Shown in pieces: positions 62,211 to 64,000 of a stretch of DNA of 64,000 nt. The stretch lies in assembly GCF_008831285.2 (NCBI RefSeq), contig NC_045138.2, positions 42,346,001 through 42,410,000 of the forward strand. The letters run 5' to 3'. Source of the DNA: Nymphaea colorata (taxonomy: Eukaryota). Every line of letters starts with the position of its first letter. Within the stretch, counting starts at the first letter, position 1. The notes under the pieces were generated by a model. That model was not told the DNA's origin. It ran no database searches and was given only the letters and a program-made list of their open reading frames with translations. Made by a program: the position numbers and the translations under genes.

Positions 62211-64000
62211 GTGAGGCTATCTTTGTGTGTTGCAGTTTTATACAGAAATGGGAAATTTTAAGCTGTAAAAATTCTAGATGTATAGCTTATTAACTTATGC
62301 TATTCTGTGAGATGCAGGAATTTTCCTTTCTGTTTCAAGATAGGCTTATTAATTTTTCTTTGCCAACTGCATTTTAACTTCCAGGAATTCCCTTTCCAAG
62401 CTAATATCTACTTATTGCTATGAATACTAGCGAAAGGTGCACACACTTTTTCTTTTCGAGAAACATTTATTCCATAGAACCCAAATAAAATTAAGTCAAA
62501 TAATAAATATGATCATGCAAATCTAAAAACTAGATAAACAACTAATTACAATCCGGACTACATGCTTTTCAATTGATGATGGCCCTTTCTAAACCAATTC
62601 TCATTGTGCTAAAGCACGAGTTGTCCTTGGTCTATCGGGAACATCTATTTCCATAAAACGGTTAAATAATTTTCTATAAACCAGTGGTGGAATGAAAATT
62701 TATTGAAATGACTTGTTCCCCAATTAGAGTTAGTGTGTCATGTGCGCAATTAACTTGAAGAGGAAGATGACAGAAATACTACTCCCTGTGGTTAAACTCT
62801 TGATGTAACAATATTTTCTGAGAAGGACCAATATATGCATTGGCGTAACAGGACCCTGAAATTTCTGGTGACTTGAACAGAATAAACATGGTTCATTCCT
62901 GTTAAGGCAAAATATTTAAGTGTCTCCAACCAATTGTCTGCGTTCAGGGTTCATATTCTTTCCATTCATATTCTCCACCGTCTCCTTCTCCACTCAGGAG
63001 AATACCACCCACAGCTAACCATACCTTTTTAAATCCTAATTTTATAGGTGCAGTTTTTTTTTTTTGTGTAAGAAAATCACATATTCAAATTGTAGGGAAA
63101 ATTTCAAATGCTCACAAAACCTTGAAGCAAAAATTATTTGTCCACAAAATTTTAGTTTGTTCTCAAGCTTTTTTCAGAGTTAATCAAATGTCTCCCACTA
63201 ATGAATTTCTTAAGTTGACTAAGACTTTTGGTTGACTAATTTCACAATATAAAGTTATGGTCCTGCCTTTGTAATAGATAATGAAAATTATAATTTTTTG
63301 CATCCATCTAACTTAAAATTTGAAATGGTATACTGTTCTTACTTCTTAATACTACTGTTTTACCTTCTTACTAATTGGTGAATTTCTCCACCCTTGTAAT
63401 GTAATTGCTAGCATTGCCAATTGTGGTTATTTTTTATCTAACAATAGATTAAGAAACAATCTAATTTCAGCTTTTGGATGTATTATTTGAATGCTCCTTG
63501 AATGTGAGTCAGATTTGAAAAATTAGATTTAACTCAGATTGTATTGGAACTAGATCAGTATTTGGTCTGCCTCATTTTGGATCCAGATTATAACTCATCT
63601 TTATGTGGAAAACACATGTTTTATGAGATTTTTTTATTTGATTAAATATGAAAACCTTTTTTTATGTTTCTATTAGATTCATTAATACAGAGTGATCAGG
63701 ATTCAGTTCCAGCTAGAAGTAATACATGTGCTGGATTCAGATTTGAATCTAATTACACACTAAGGTTTAGCTTTAGATATGCTGAAATCCAGACTGAACT
63801 CATTCCAATTGCTCCTAAGATATATTTATCTGGATGCAGAAGGAGGGAGGGGAGAGAGAGAGAGAGAGGAAGAGAAAGGGTCTGACTGAGGAGTTTGTAG
63901 ATATGCCAACTAAGAAAATTGTAAAAGAAAAAAGTCTTTCAAAATTCGGTTGAGGCAAACCAGAACTTTGTGGGATTGTTGACATCTCCCAAAGTTTGGT

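Noticed and set aside
63461..63490. Possible fimbrin exon 11 (ttcag|cttttgga)
   Set aside because: Reads AFGCII-stop rather than the conserved AFLWQLMR. The real exon lies beyond the window.
63409..63817. Possible decayed MITE with tcaga/tccaga motifs
   Set aside because: No convincing TIR pair or TSD.

Overview
Plant (angiosperm-like) nuclear DNA, mostly nested transposable elements. One intact host gene: a fimbrin (actin-bundling, CH-domain) gene on +, with 10 coding exons from the ATG at 41630 to 62210; it continues past the window. Its introns 7 (6.0 kb) and 8 (10.1 kb) hold antisense Ty1/copia relics. The intron-8 copia carries three hAT MITEs and a hAT transposase pseudogene. The upstream 40 kb contains decayed LINEs, a chromodomain Ty3/gypsy relic split by a copia with non-canonical TA...CA LTRs, and a full-length LINE (15-bp TSD) split by a young copia. 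Two oppositely oriented arrays of one AT-rich ~115-bp monomer sit beside a decayed plant-mobile-domain (PMD) gene. Best candidate for an undescribed system (inference only): a PMD-encoding, probably Mutator-like element with inverted tandem arrays, reminiscent of VANDAL/VANC. Other oddities are a 38-bp micro-inversion between paired LTRs, a covarying LTR dyad, and a TSD-less GC-rich insert. All protein assignments are by-eye motif recognition; no searches were run.
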